A DNA stretch of 64,000 nt from Candidatus Kaiserbacteria bacterium. Lineage in GTDB: Bacteria; Patescibacteriota; Minisyncoccia; Phycocordibacterales; UBA918. A model generated the notes under the pieces. The model made no database searches. It had not been told where the DNA came from and saw only the letters and a list, made by a program, of their open reading frames with translations. The position numbers and the translations under genes are program-made. This document shows positions 1-9,968 of the stretch, piece by piece (the first letter of the stretch is position 1; each line of letters opens with the position of its first letter). Location of the stretch: assembly GCA_016204695.1 (NCBI GenBank), contig JACQKD010000009.1:11710-75709 (forward strand), given 5' to 3'.

Positions 1-876
1 CACATACGCGGCACTGAGGTGCGCATAGAGGGTTTGGGTACCATTTGCATGCTTGATCACAATGTAGCTGCCATAGCCGCCGTTCCACCCGGAGCCCTTG
101 CTGATGATGACTTCTCCGTCAGCGGCGGCGTATATCGGAGTGCCGACCCCCGCGGCAAGATCAACGCCGTTGTAGCCGTGGATACCCTGGGTGCGAATGG
201 TGCCCGGCGCGGGATGCGCAAAATATCCGTTGCCGCCGGACGGTGTTTGGGCAAGCGGAACCGGTTTTGAGCCGCTTGGCTTCTTGGGAGCCGGAGGCGG
301 CGCAATCCGCCCGCCCGGCACAACGACGGTCCCTCCGACAACAAGATCGTCCTCGGATGAGAGACCGTTGTACGCCACGATGTCAGCGCGATCACCCTCA
401 TACAGTTTCGCGATCAAAGCCACGGAGTCTCCTTTTTTCACCGTATGACGAACACCGGAAACAGGCAAAATAATGAGGGAATCACCGGGCTTTATAAGAT
501 TGGCGCTTTTCAGGTCATTTGCCCACAAGATGGTATTTGCCGACACGTCGAACATCTCGGCGATCTGCGAGAGCGCGTCTCCTTCTCGTACGATATAGAC
601 ACTGATCGCGCCATTGGACGGCAAAAGGACCGAGCCGGCCGCACCATCAGGCCCTTCCTGCGGGATGAGCGCTCCTTCGTCGACAACGAGATCACCTCCG
701 CCTTTTGAAGGATTGGGATCCGCGTTGGTGGCGGCCTGGAGCAAAGGAAGCGTCTGAATGCTCGCTTGCGACGATGTGTGCGCCGCCTCCGTTTCTTCGA
801 TAAAGACGCCGACTATGGCAGAAAAAACTCCCGCGTGGGCGAAAAACGGGATGGAAAGGAGAATGAGAACGGGCAT
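1..876 (-). CDS. LysM-domain M23 family peptidoglycan endopeptidase (3' end runs off window)
   Basis: Not in the ORF track; translated by hand from ATG 876. N-terminal hydrophobic stretch, two LysM-like repeats (YIVREGDALSQIAEMFDVS; HTVKKGDSVALIA), M23 motifs HGYNGVDLA and GYGSYIVIKH..GTQTLYAHL. Frame is open to 999, so the start is uncertain. Confidence 0.88.
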   Translation of the reverse strand, partial: MPVLILLSIPFFAHAGVFSAIVGVFIEETEAAHTSSQASIQTLPLLQAATNADPNPSKGGGDLVVDEGALIPQEGPDGAAGSVLLPSNGAISVYIVREGDALSQIAEMFDVSANTILWANDLKSANLIKPGDSLIILPVSGVRHTVKKGDSVALIAKLYEGDRADIVAYNGLSSEDDLVVGGTVVVPGGRIAPPPAPKKPSGSKPVPLAQTPSGGNGYFAHPAPGTIRTQGIHGYNGVDLAAGVGTPIYAAADGEVIISKGSGWNGGYGSYIVIKHANGTQTLYAHLSAAYV

Positions 877-1078
877 TGCTTCCGGAAGAAGCAGACGTCT
901 TATGATGCCGTATGTCGTCCGGGTCTTTCGTAGCGAGCTTGCGGGCCGTGTATACGAAGGATCGGAGTCTTGTGAGTTTTGTTCAATACGCGTTTCGAGT
1001 TAGTGGCCCCGGTCGTCCGGTCATGCGGTCATCAAACGGTCCGTCAGCGACGTCTCCGGAAAAGGGTCGCCGAGAGTA

Positions 1079-1108
1079 ATAGTAAGAAAAAGAGGTGTCG
1101 GACGTCAA
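1079..1108 (-). promoter_or_regulatory. sigma70-type promoter for the M23 gene
   Basis: TTGACG-18 nt-TACTAT on the minus strand. Confidence 0.55.
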
Positions 1109-1230
1109 ACGAGATTTACCCAGGCTGAAAAAAGAGGGAAAACCGGGTTTAAAAATATACATATCTTTGACCTATTGACTTTCTTTAAAGTCATTGTGTA
1201 TTTGGTATGCTATAGTGAGCCGGTACTTCT

Positions 1231-3258
1231 ATGGAGCACAGTTTTGACAGTCTCGAAGGACTCAATGAGCGTCAAAAAGAGGCGGTACTCGCAACCGAAG
1301 GCCCCCTGCTTGTACTTGCCGGAGCCGGCTCCGGCAAGACACGCGTGATCACACACCGCATCCTCCACCTCATCGAAAAGGGCATCGCGCCGCAGAACAT
1401 CCTTGCGGTGACGTTTACGAACAAGGCCGCCCGCGAGATGCGCGAGCGGATGCGAGCGCTACTTTCGAATCTGTCGCCAAGCGCGCTCGCCGTCTCGCGG
1501 GCGGCCTACGATGCGCTTCCGTTACTCACAACATTCCACTCCCTCGGCGTCCGCATCCTGCGAGAACATCACGGCCTTTTGGGACTTCGACGACACTTCG
1601 CGATTTATGACCGAAGCGACTCGACGAAAGCCATCAAGCGAGCGCTTGATGAGAGCGGGTACGGCCCCAAAGAGTTTGAACCGCGGCGCATGCTCTCGAT
1701 TATTTCGCATGCGAAGGGGAATGCGATGACGAGAGACTCTTTCGGCGAGGCGACGCGCTCGTATGTCGAAGAAGCCGCGGCGGTCGTCTGGGAGCGGTAT
1801 GAACACATTCTCAAGGAGGAACAGGCACTTGATTTTGACGACCTTTTGCTCAAAACCCTGCGCCTTCTCGAGAATCATCCGGAGACCAAGGCCCACTACC
1901 GATCGCTTTTCCGATATATTCATATTGACGAGTACCAAGATACGAACAAAGTGCAGTACGAAATCGCCCGAGCGCTCGCGGGCGAGATACCGAATATCTG
2001 CGTCGTCGGCGACGCCGACCAGAATATTTACAGTTGGCGCGGCGCCGACATCAGTAACATTCTGCAATTCGAGCGGCATTTCCCGGGGGCTAAAACCATC
2101 CTGCTTGAAGAAAATTATCGCTCGACACAGACCATCATCGCGGCGTCGAACACCATCATCGAGAAAAACAGAAATCGAATCCCCAAGACCGTCTTCACCT
2201 CAAACGCCGAGGGCGAGCCGATCGGACTTTATGTCGGCTACAATCAAGACGAGGAAGCAAACTTCGTGGCGACAACGGCGCAAACGTTGATCGGGCAGGG
2301 TGCGAGCGCCTCGGGAATCGCGGTCCTCTTTCGGACCAATTTCCAGTCGCGGGCGCTCGAAGAGGCATTTCTCGGCCTCGGAGTGCCATATCAAGTGCTC
2401 GGCGTGCGCTTTTTCGAACGTAAGGAGATCAAGGATGTGCTGTCGTTTCTTCGTCTCGCCCTCAATCCCGACAGTACCGGCGATCTTGCCCGCGTCATCA
2501 ACGTACCACCGCGCGGCATCGGCAAAATCACGCTCCTGAAGCTGATCGAGAAAAACCGCAACGGCCTCAACGCCTCCGCCGTCGCGAAAGTCGCCGAATT
2601 CGATGCGATGATGAAGGAGATCGGAGAGTATGCCCGCACCAAGCCGCTCGCGGAAACGCTCCGCTTTATCATGAAGCGCACGGGTATGGAGGATTTACTT
2701 AAGAAGGGCGGCGAAGAGGAGCTTGAGCGGCTCGAAAATCTCCGAGAGCTCGTTTCGCTCGGCGCACAATACGACAATTCGCTCCGCCGGCCGGCGGATG
2801 GCGGATCTCCGGAAGAAGCCGTCGAACAGCTCCTCGAAGACGCGGCCCTGCAGACAGACCAAGACGAGCTGAAAAACGCGAAAGGGGACGAGGACGCGGT
2901 GAAACTGATGACCATTCACGCGGCGAAGGGACTTGAGTTCCAGTACGTATTCATCACCGGTCTCGAAGAAGGTCTCTTTCCGCACGAACGGCTCGCGATC
3001 GACGATCCGAGCGGTCCGCGCACGGACGAGGAAGAAGAACGGCGACTGTTTTACGTCGCGCTCACGCGCGCGCAGAAAAAGGTGTATTTGACATACGCGG
3101 CCCTGCGCACAATCTTCGGCAGTCAGCGGGTAAGTATGCCGTCATCATTCCTCGCGGACCTGAAGGAAGAACATATCGAAGAGTGCAACCCTCTGCCGGC
3201 CGGCGGAGCCGGCGGCGGGTTGCTTTCCGGGTTCGAACGAACTATTTATATTGACTGA
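1231..3258 (+). CDS. pcrA: ATP-dependent DNA helicase PcrA/UvrD
   Basis: LNERQKEAV, AGAGSGKT, IDEYQDTN, VGDADQNIYSWRGA, LEENYRST, MTIHAAKGLEF, EERRLFYVALTRA. Confidence 0.97.
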   Translation: MEHSFDSLEGLNERQKEAVLATEGPLLVLAGAGSGKTRVITHRILHLIEKGIAPQNILAVTFTNKAAREMRERMRALLSNLSPSALAVSRAAYDALPLLTTFHSLGVRILREHHGLLGLRRHFAIYDRSDSTKAIKRALDESGYGPKEFEPRRMLSIISHAKGNAMTRDSFGEATRSYVEEAAAVVWERYEHILKEEQALDFDDLLLKTLRLLENHPETKAHYRSLFRYIHIDEYQDTNKVQYEIARALAGEIPNICVVGDADQNIYSWRGADISNILQFERHFPGAKTILLEENYRSTQTIIAASNTIIEKNRNRIPKTVFTSNAEGEPIGLYVGYNQDEEANFVATTAQTLIGQGASASGIAVLFRTNFQSRALEEAFLGLGVPYQVLGVRFFERKEIKDVLSFLRLALNPDSTGDLARVINVPPRGIGKITLLKLIEKNRNGLNASAVAKVAEFDAMMKEIGEYARTKPLAETLRFIMKRTGMEDLLKKGGEEELERLENLRELVSLGAQYDNSLRRPADGGSPEEAVEQLLEDAALQTDQDELKNAKGDEDAVKLMTIHAAKGLEFQYVFITGLEEGLFPHERLAIDDPSGPRTDEEEERRLFYVALTRAQKKVYLTYAALRTIFGSQRVSMPSSFLADLKEEHIEECNPLPAGGAGGGLLSGFERTIYID

Positions 3259-3270
3259 CATGATCGAGAT

Positions 3271-4086
3271 ATGCATACACACATTTTCGCAAAAAAATCC
3301 CTCGGACAACATTTCCTCAAGAATCCGAAGGTTGTTGAAAAGATGATCGAGGCCGCCGGATTACGGCACAGCGACCTCGTACTCGAAATCGGTCCTGGAA
3401 CAGGAATGCTCACCCGGGGCCTGCTCTCTGCCGGCGCACGCGTCATCGCAATCGAAGCGGACAAACGCGCGGTGGATGTATTGGAAGAGCGCTTTCACAA
3501 GGACACGGAGAGCGGCCAACTTGTAATACACCACGCCGATGTACGGGAAAGAGCATTGGCTGATTTCGTCCCGAAGGATACTTCCTACGTCATTATTGCG
3601 AACATCCCCTATTACCTCTCGGGCATGCTCCTGCGAGAAACACTCTCGGCCGCGCATCAGCCCGAAACGATCGTGTTCCTCGTCCAAAAGGAGGTTGCCG
3701 AACGTATCGCCCGGAGTAAAAAGGAATCGCTGTTGTCATTATCGGTCAAGGTATACGGGGTGCCGCGATACATAGCCACCGTTTCAAAAGGGAATTTCTC
3801 TCCAGCGCCAAAAGTGGACAGTGCGATCCTCGCCATCGAGAACATTTCCCGAAAAAATTTTGAAAATCTCAATGAGGCACGGTTCTTCGAGGTACTGCAC
3901 GCGGGTTTTGCCTCCCGCCGCAAACAACTCGCCGGCAATCTCGCCGCGCTCTGTAAGAGAACCGTACTTTTAGAGCTTTTCGAAACACTCGGGATACCGC
4001 GAAACGCCCGCGGGGAAGATCTCCCGGTCGAGACCTGGCTTATGCTTGCGAAACGACTCACTCACTACGCACAGCCCGCACCATAA
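3271..4086 (+). CDS. rsmA: 16S rRNA m6,6A dimethyltransferase RsmA/KsgA
   Basis: AKKSLGQHFL, VLEIGPGTG, ANIPYY, VQKEVAERI, FSPAPKVDS. Confidence 0.96.
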   Translation: MHTHIFAKKSLGQHFLKNPKVVEKMIEAAGLRHSDLVLEIGPGTGMLTRGLLSAGARVIAIEADKRAVDVLEERFHKDTESGQLVIHHADVRERALADFVPKDTSYVIIANIPYYLSGMLLRETLSAAHQPETIVFLVQKEVAERIARSKKESLLSLSVKVYGVPRYIATVSKGNFSPAPKVDSAILAIENISRKNFENLNEARFFEVLHAGFASRRKQLAGNLAALCKRTVLLELFETLGIPRNARGEDLPVETWLMLAKRLTHYAQPAP

Positions 4087-4123
4087 TAGACGCGCACTTT
4101 TGTTATACTGGTTTTGTATTCTA

Positions 4124-5056
4124 ATGAATTTCCCGGGACATGTTAGTAGGAGGGGTGTTTTTCGTATAGGAGGCGCCATCGCATTCGGAGCCGGCATGGT
4201 TGGTGTTGCTTTTTTTGTGAATCATCGCGCTCTACAAACACAGACCGCGACGGTACCCGCGATAGTCGTCGCGCGCGGAGACGTGCGTACCATGCGCCCG
4301 GCTCCGGACAGCGACGGTGACCGCATCCCCGACTGGGAGGAGGCGCTTGAAGGAACCGATCCGCATACCTACACGACCATTGTCGCTTCCACTTCGACGC
4401 CTCCGGTGGAGGACGAACCGTACGAGAGACCGGCCACGCTCACCGGCCGGTTCGCCGAATACTTCCTCAAAGACATCGTCCGTACGGGAGCCGGAAAGGA
4501 TATCACTCCCGAAGACCGGGAAGCACTCGTTAGCCGCTCCGTCAGCACGCTGGCATCGGCTACAGAAGAAAAACTCTACACTCGCGCGGATATCAAAACC
4601 GGCGGGGGAAACGACATGGTTGCGTTGTATGCCTACGGAAATGCCGTCGGAGATATTTTCATCAGGAACAGAGTCGAACGGGAAACCGAGGACAAGTTCA
4701 CAATCCTCAAACGCGCAATGGACGCACACGACCCGGATATTTTAAGGCAGCTTAAGCCGATCGAAGATGCGTACGCGGGTCTCGTCACCGACCTCTTGGC
4801 GCTTGAGACACCGGCAAGTGTCGCGCGTCAGCATGTCGACCTCATCAACGCTCTCTCTATGGTACATACCGACGTGGCCGCGATGGGGAGGGCGCTCGAC
4901 GACCCGCTCGGAACGATGATGTATATCAAGCGATACCAGGATGATGCGCGGGGACTTTCCTATGCGTTCGATCAGGTGCGCGCCGTACTTGAGTCGAGCG
5001 ATATCGCATACGCAAGCGACGAGTCAGGTATTACCTTGTTTCGCTTTCGACCATGA
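4124..5056 (+). CDS. Membrane-anchored hypothetical protein with a DxDxD Ca-binding-like motif
   Basis: One N-terminal TM segment and DSDGDRIPDWEE..GTDP; stop overlaps the next start (ATGA). Confidence 0.7.
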   Translation: MNFPGHVSRRGVFRIGGAIAFGAGMVGVAFFVNHRALQTQTATVPAIVVARGDVRTMRPAPDSDGDRIPDWEEALEGTDPHTYTTIVASTSTPPVEDEPYERPATLTGRFAEYFLKDIVRTGAGKDITPEDREALVSRSVSTLASATEEKLYTRADIKTGGGNDMVALYAYGNAVGDIFIRNRVERETEDKFTILKRAMDAHDPDILRQLKPIEDAYAGLVTDLLALETPASVARQHVDLINALSMVHTDVAAMGRALDDPLGTMMYIKRYQDDARGLSYAFDQVRAVLESSDIAYASDESGITLFRFRP

Positions 5057-6570
5057 GACGACTCTTTTCACAAACAGACAAGCATACTTCGTGGCTCTTG
5101 CGCACCGCGCTTGGCAGTCTTATGGTGATCATGATAGCCGGAGCCACTCTCACGTTCAAGCCGAAAAAGGCCGAAGCGTACGTCTTAGTGGAAGACGTCG
5201 TAAACTGGGTTGAAAATGCGATATCCGCAATCGCGGAGGTCGCTTCGGAGGCACTGGTCGGTTCTCTTGAATATAAGGAGTATGTTCTCGACGGTATCCT
5301 ATCTGACCTCGCGAAGCTTGCCATGCAGGAAATCACCAACAGCACCATACGGTGGATCAATTCGGGCTTCGAGGGCTCTCCGGCATTCGTCACCGACCTT
5401 GACCAATTTCTCATAAATACCGCCGATAAGGCGGCCGGAGAATTCATCTACGGAAGCAATCTCAATTTCCTCTGCTCACCGTTCCAGCTCGACGTGCGCA
5501 TCGCCTTGCAGTTGAGCTACGACGCGGTCAACCGCGAGAGCGTGGCCCGATGTTCATTGAGCGAGGTGGTGGGTAATGTCGACAATTTCTTCAACGATCC
5601 GTTCGCCGGCGGCATCGACGGGTGGTTTGCGCTCACGGTGCTTCCGAGCAACAACTTCTTCAGTGCGTATGACATTTCGACGGAAGCCATGCTTGCGAAT
5701 ATCGCCCGCAAAAAAGAGATCAACATCACGGAACTCGCGTGGGGAAGCGGCTTCCTCTCAAAGAAAGAGTGCCATCCGGTGATAGACACGCGGAATGGAA
5801 GCGAGACGCAGGAGTGCGGTACCGTCACACCAGGCGATACTATTTCCGAAGCATTGACATTCGAGCTCTCGACCGGCTCACGTACGCTTCTTGAGGCCGA
5901 CGAGATCAACGAGGTCATCTCGGCACTCTTTACCCAACTTTCACTCAAAGCGCTCGAAGGTGCCGGGGGTCTCCTTGGACTTACAAAATCGGAGGAAGGG
6001 CAGGGGGGGACTTCATACATCGACAGAATCAACGATCCTCGATTTGACCGCGTGCCGGGATCAAGCACCATCGAGAGCGCCGCGATGGGCAATGCAATCA
6101 AGAGCGAACAGCAATACCGGGACCTCTATGCGGGACTCGTATCGCGAGCGGACGCGATCCTTGAGCGGATCAAGTATTGGGAGGCGCTTGCGGCAAAGAA
6201 AAGTGACAAAGAAAAATGGGTGTGCTCCGACTTGGACTCTCTCCGCGACCAGGCCACCCAGATACGCGAGGGCGCGTTAGAGAAACAAGGAGTCGCCGAT
6301 AAGAACCTTGCCGTACTGCGTGATCTCGAAGCGCGCGAGCAGACCTCGAAGGTGAATTCCACCGGCTCGAGCACGGCGGGGGAAGAGCGACTGCGCGTCG
6401 CCGAGGAATTCGTCGCACTCCAGCGAAGCGGCACGCTCCATAGCGCCACCAACTTCCCGCGAGACAAGAAAACCGTCGAACCTATAGAGCAGGCGCTCAC
6501 GCAGATTGCGGCCCAGGTCGAATCTTCATGTCAGAAAGTCGCGGAATCGGCGGAAACCGACGACGAATAA
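5053..6570 (+). CDS. Secreted Cys-containing protein of the T4SS-like cluster
   Basis: Signal-peptide-like N-terminus (PKKAEA), several cysteines, helical C-terminus; directly upstream of the VirB6-like gene. Confidence 0.7.
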   Translation: MRRLFSQTDKHTSWLLRTALGSLMVIMIAGATLTFKPKKAEAYVLVEDVVNWVENAISAIAEVASEALVGSLEYKEYVLDGILSDLAKLAMQEITNSTIRWINSGFEGSPAFVTDLDQFLINTADKAAGEFIYGSNLNFLCSPFQLDVRIALQLSYDAVNRESVARCSLSEVVGNVDNFFNDPFAGGIDGWFALTVLPSNNFFSAYDISTEAMLANIARKKEINITELAWGSGFLSKKECHPVIDTRNGSETQECGTVTPGDTISEALTFELSTGSRTLLEADEINEVISALFTQLSLKALEGAGGLLGLTKSEEGQGGTSYIDRINDPRFDRVPGSSTIESAAMGNAIKSEQQYRDLYAGLVSRADAILERIKYWEALAAKKSDKEKWVCSDLDSLRDQATQIREGALEKQGVADKNLAVLRDLEAREQTSKVNSTGSSTAGEERLRVAEEFVALQRSGTLHSATNFPRDKKTVEPIEQALTQIAAQVESSCQKVAESAETDDE

Positions 6571-6573
6571 CGT

Positions 6574-8727
6574 ATGAAATACCTCCGTATACATAGACCA
6601 TGGATGCTCATCCTCCTCGTCGGGGTACTTCTTGCGACACCGCTCGTGACATACGCCGCGTTCAGCTTAAGCGGCATCATCATCGCGGTTGTAGGCAACC
6701 TTTCGACGATTGCCATGTTCCTCTTCAATGCCGCCGTGGACTGGTTCGTGCTCCGCATGGGCGCGCTCATCACCGGCACGGGCGCGAGCGGCGGTGTCGG
6801 CATCGGCACCAGCATCGACGTGGTGTGGAAGATCGTGCGAGATCTCGTGAACCTCACCTTCATCTTCGGTCTCGTCTATGTCGGATTCAAGACTATTCTC
6901 GACGCGGGCACGGACACCAAGAAGATGCTCGCATCCATTATTGTGAGCGCGCTTCTCGTCAATTTCAGCTTGTTCATCAGCAAGGTGGTTATCGACATCT
7001 CAAATATCACCGCGGTGGAGATATACCGCGCCATGCAGATCGCTCCGGACCAGACCGCCGGGACAAACCTCAAAGATCAGACTATCGGCGACGCCTTCCT
7101 TATTCGCATGGGCATCAAACAGCTCTTCACTGTCCCGAATGCGAAAAACGAATTAATCGCCAAAAATGCCGGCGATGCAAAAGAAGGTGCCGACACCTAT
7201 CTCGCCTATATCATCGGCGCGTCTCTCTTCGTCATCGTTGCGGCATTCGTCTTTGCCGCCGGAGCGATTCTTCTTGCGATACGCTTCGGCGTACTGATCA
7301 TACTCATGATCCTTTCGCCGATCGCATTCGCCGCGACCGTCTTCCCCGCATTCAAGGCATGGCGGGACAAATGGTGGCATACACTCTTCAGTCAGGCGTT
7401 TTTCGCTCCTGCCTATCTCTTCATGCTCTACATCACGCTCCAAGTCGCCAACGGCTATCGGAGCCAGATGAAAACATTCGACGGCCTGTATGATCCCAAC
7501 CTCTTCAAAGAAGGATTCGCCACCGCTGCCTTCTTCTGCCTCACCATTGTGCTCATGATCGCCTCCCTCATCATCGCCAAGCAAATGGGCGCCTACGGCG
7601 CCGCCCGGGCGGTGTCGTATCTTTCCAAAGCAGGCAGTTACGCCGGAAATAAGGTCCTGCGCGGCACACTCTACCCCATGCGCCTCGGCGCAAGAGCCGC
7701 CATATATCCGGTACGCGCCGGCGGCCGCGCGGCTGTCCGCGAGGCTTCGCGTATCGTGCGTAAAGCAGAATTTGCGGAGGGAAAAGTGGCAAGCACCATA
7801 CGGAAGATTCCGTTTGTAACAACAGCCCTGCAAAAAGCGGGTACCGCGGCAAATACCTATGCAGCGCAACGTAGAGCGGAGTTCGGAAAACTGCGCACCA
7901 GCCAGAAGAAGCATCTGCTTGATTCCTTCGGCTCACGATTTACTCCACTTGATCGCCTTGCGATATATCAGGCATTTCAGGATTCGAACGACCTCGACGA
8001 GCTGACCCCGGACCAGATTCGAGACTACCGCGAACTCTCAAATAAGTACGAGGTTAGCCAGCTTGCCCTTAATCGGTTGCGTCCGGACGTAGTGATCGAA
8101 AAGAAAACGGGCGAAGAGCTCAAGGAGCTTCACAAGAAGAGGGTTGGTTACATCAAGCTTCCCAGTGATTTTACTGCCCTCCATAAAGTAATCGTCGACA
8201 GGACGGCAAAGGACGGCGTGAATAACCGCAATGAGAGCGTCAATGCGATGCTCGATGCCATGATAGAGACATTCAACGGAGGCATTTTCGCCGCGGCCGG
8301 CCGCCGAGGAGATAACGTCAGTCTAGAGTTGTTCACACGACTACGTCAGCGTGTCAAGGATGAAGGTCTCGATAACAAGCGCGCGGAAAGTTATGTCACC
8401 TTCTTCGAGAAACTCGCTACAGATGAGGAGGAAAAAGGAGAAAAAGCTAACAGAGACTTTATACAACGCAATCGGTCAGCTGCGGATGAGTTCAGAAAGG
8501 GAATGATGGCCCGTCTGATCAACATTCTCCCCGTGGAATCGGCGGGACAAGGAAATCCCCAAAGCGGAGGAAACTCCGGTGGTGGAAATACAGGTCAACA
8601 ACAGGGCAGGCGAGCGCAGGGCAATCAGCGACGAGGACCCAATGTCAGCGGCAGACCGGTGCAACCGACTCCGGCACAACCCACAAACGGCGAGACTGAC
8701 GACCAAGACAACGAGATGATGACTTGA
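6574..8727 (+). CDS. VirB6/TrbL-like polytopic membrane protein with a long soluble C-terminal extension
   Basis: Multiple TM segments, WKIVRDLVN..LLVNFSLFISKVVIDISN, AIRFGVLIILMILSPIAF..WWHTLF; context of PrgI and VirB4. Confidence 0.72.
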   Translation: MKYLRIHRPWMLILLVGVLLATPLVTYAAFSLSGIIIAVVGNLSTIAMFLFNAAVDWFVLRMGALITGTGASGGVGIGTSIDVVWKIVRDLVNLTFIFGLVYVGFKTILDAGTDTKKMLASIIVSALLVNFSLFISKVVIDISNITAVEIYRAMQIAPDQTAGTNLKDQTIGDAFLIRMGIKQLFTVPNAKNELIAKNAGDAKEGADTYLAYIIGASLFVIVAAFVFAAGAILLAIRFGVLIILMILSPIAFAATVFPAFKAWRDKWWHTLFSQAFFAPAYLFMLYITLQVANGYRSQMKTFDGLYDPNLFKEGFATAAFFCLTIVLMIASLIIAKQMGAYGAARAVSYLSKAGSYAGNKVLRGTLYPMRLGARAAIYPVRAGGRAAVREASRIVRKAEFAEGKVASTIRKIPFVTTALQKAGTAANTYAAQRRAEFGKLRTSQKKHLLDSFGSRFTPLDRLAIYQAFQDSNDLDELTPDQIRDYRELSNKYEVSQLALNRLRPDVVIEKKTGEELKELHKKRVGYIKLPSDFTALHKVIVDRTAKDGVNNRNESVNAMLDAMIETFNGGIFAAAGRRGDNVSLELFTRLRQRVKDEGLDNKRAESYVTFFEKLATDEEEKGEKANRDFIQRNRSAADEFRKGMMARLINILPVESAGQGNPQSGGNSGGGNTGQQQGRRAQGNQRRGPNVSGRPVQPTPAQPTNGETDDQDNEMMT

Positions 8728-8733
8728 TGACAT

Positions 8734-9459
8734 ATGAAAGATTTTTCCGACAACGAAATACGAACGGCATACAAAGCAACGAGTGACACCGTGCGCGACG
8801 TGATCTTTTCGACCACGACCACCGCCACCATCGGCGCGATTTCGGCACAGAATGGAATTCCGGAGGATAAAATGTACTTGGTTGCCGAAGAAGTATTATT
8901 TGCGCTTATTGGCCTTACCGGACCGCATGAAGTGGCTCCTCGACTGCAAGAGCGGCTGGGTATTGACCCCCTGCGGGCGCAACAGATCGCCCACAGTATC
9001 TTCGTTGAGATCTTTGATCGCAACAAGATCGCCATGTCGGCCCTCCCGCAAACCGCACCGGCACAACCCCCAATACCTGCCGCTATAGAAAGAAATCCGG
9101 CGACGATATCTGCCGCCACTCCGCAACAAATGACTCCTCGACCGACACCGCAACCCGCGCCACAACCCCCGCGACCTACACAATCCATACAACCCCCGCG
9201 GCCCGTACCACAACAAGCGCCGCCCTCCGCACAACCCATACTCGCCCCGATACCTCGGCCGGCCGCGCCGCCGCCCGCATGGACGCATGTGCAGACACGA
9301 CCGCAACCGCCGCAGAGCGCACCGCCGACCAATCTGCCTACGCAGGCGCCCGCGACTCCACCAATACCTTCTTATCAAAAGCCGCTCACACAAGTCCCGG
9401 AATATCGAAACGCAAATCTCTACCAGAAGCCGCATGACGGTGCGCCGCAGGGAAGGTAG
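8734..9459 (+). CDS. Hypothetical protein: helical N-domain plus Pro/Gln-rich tail
   Basis: 241-aa ORF tightly packed in the operon; low-complexity PQ-rich C-terminal half. Confidence 0.7.
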   Translation: MKDFSDNEIRTAYKATSDTVRDVIFSTTTTATIGAISAQNGIPEDKMYLVAEEVLFALIGLTGPHEVAPRLQERLGIDPLRAQQIAHSIFVEIFDRNKIAMSALPQTAPAQPPIPAAIERNPATISAATPQQMTPRPTPQPAPQPPRPTQSIQPPRPVPQQAPPSAQPILAPIPRPAAPPPAWTHVQTRPQPPQSAPPTNLPTQAPATPPIPSYQKPLTQVPEYRNANLYQKPHDGAPQGR

Positions 9460-9524
9460 GACGTCATTCTGCACCCATCGAACCACATGCGACGCGCTCG
9501 GTGTGTATAATGGAGAGAACCTGT

Positions 9525-9950
9525 ATGCGTTTTGAAGTGCCGCAATTTATCGATGTGGAGGATAAAATATTCGGTCCTTTCACTTGGAAGCAATTCGTCT
9601 ATATCGCCGGTGGCGCGGGTGCGGGCATTATGCTATACATGACTCTCCCATTCCCCCTTTTCATAGTGGTCGCCGGACCGATAGGAGCGCTTGCGGCGGG
9701 ACTGGCGTTCTACCCGGTCAACAACCGGCCGCTGGCGCTCTTCCTTGAAGCGGTGGTGCACTACATAAGCTCGACCCGCCTCTACATATGGAAAAAACAG
9801 GACACTCCGCCCGTCGCATCTTCTCCCGAAGGAGCGCCGCCGATCTACACACTGCCGACGACCAACAAGATCGCGAGTCTCTCCCGGCAACTTGAGCTCA
9901 ATGCGCTCCAAAAAGGTCTGCCGAAAGACCCCGGAGACGAGCCGCTGTAA
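9525..9950 (+). CDS. PrgI family (VirB3-like) membrane protein
   Basis: MRFEVPQFIDVEDKIFGPFTWKQF, two TM segments, VNNRP motif. Confidence 0.88.
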   Translation: MRFEVPQFIDVEDKIFGPFTWKQFVYIAGGAGAGIMLYMTLPFPLFIVVAGPIGALAAGLAFYPVNNRPLALFLEAVVHYISSTRLYIWKKQDTPPVASSPEGAPPIYTLPTTNKIASLSRQLELNALQKGLPKDPGDEPL

Positions 9951-9968
9951 TTTTTTCAATCAACACTC

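Noticed and set aside
960-1075. c-di-AMP (ydaO) riboswitch upstream of the LysM-M23 gene
   Set aside because: The context fits, but only a weak CTAACTCG similarity is visible and the other consensus blocks are missing.
9040-9370. Possible tandem repeat or CRISPR array
   Set aside because: Low-complexity Pro/Gln coding sequence without fixed-length repeats or spacers; no cas genes in the window.
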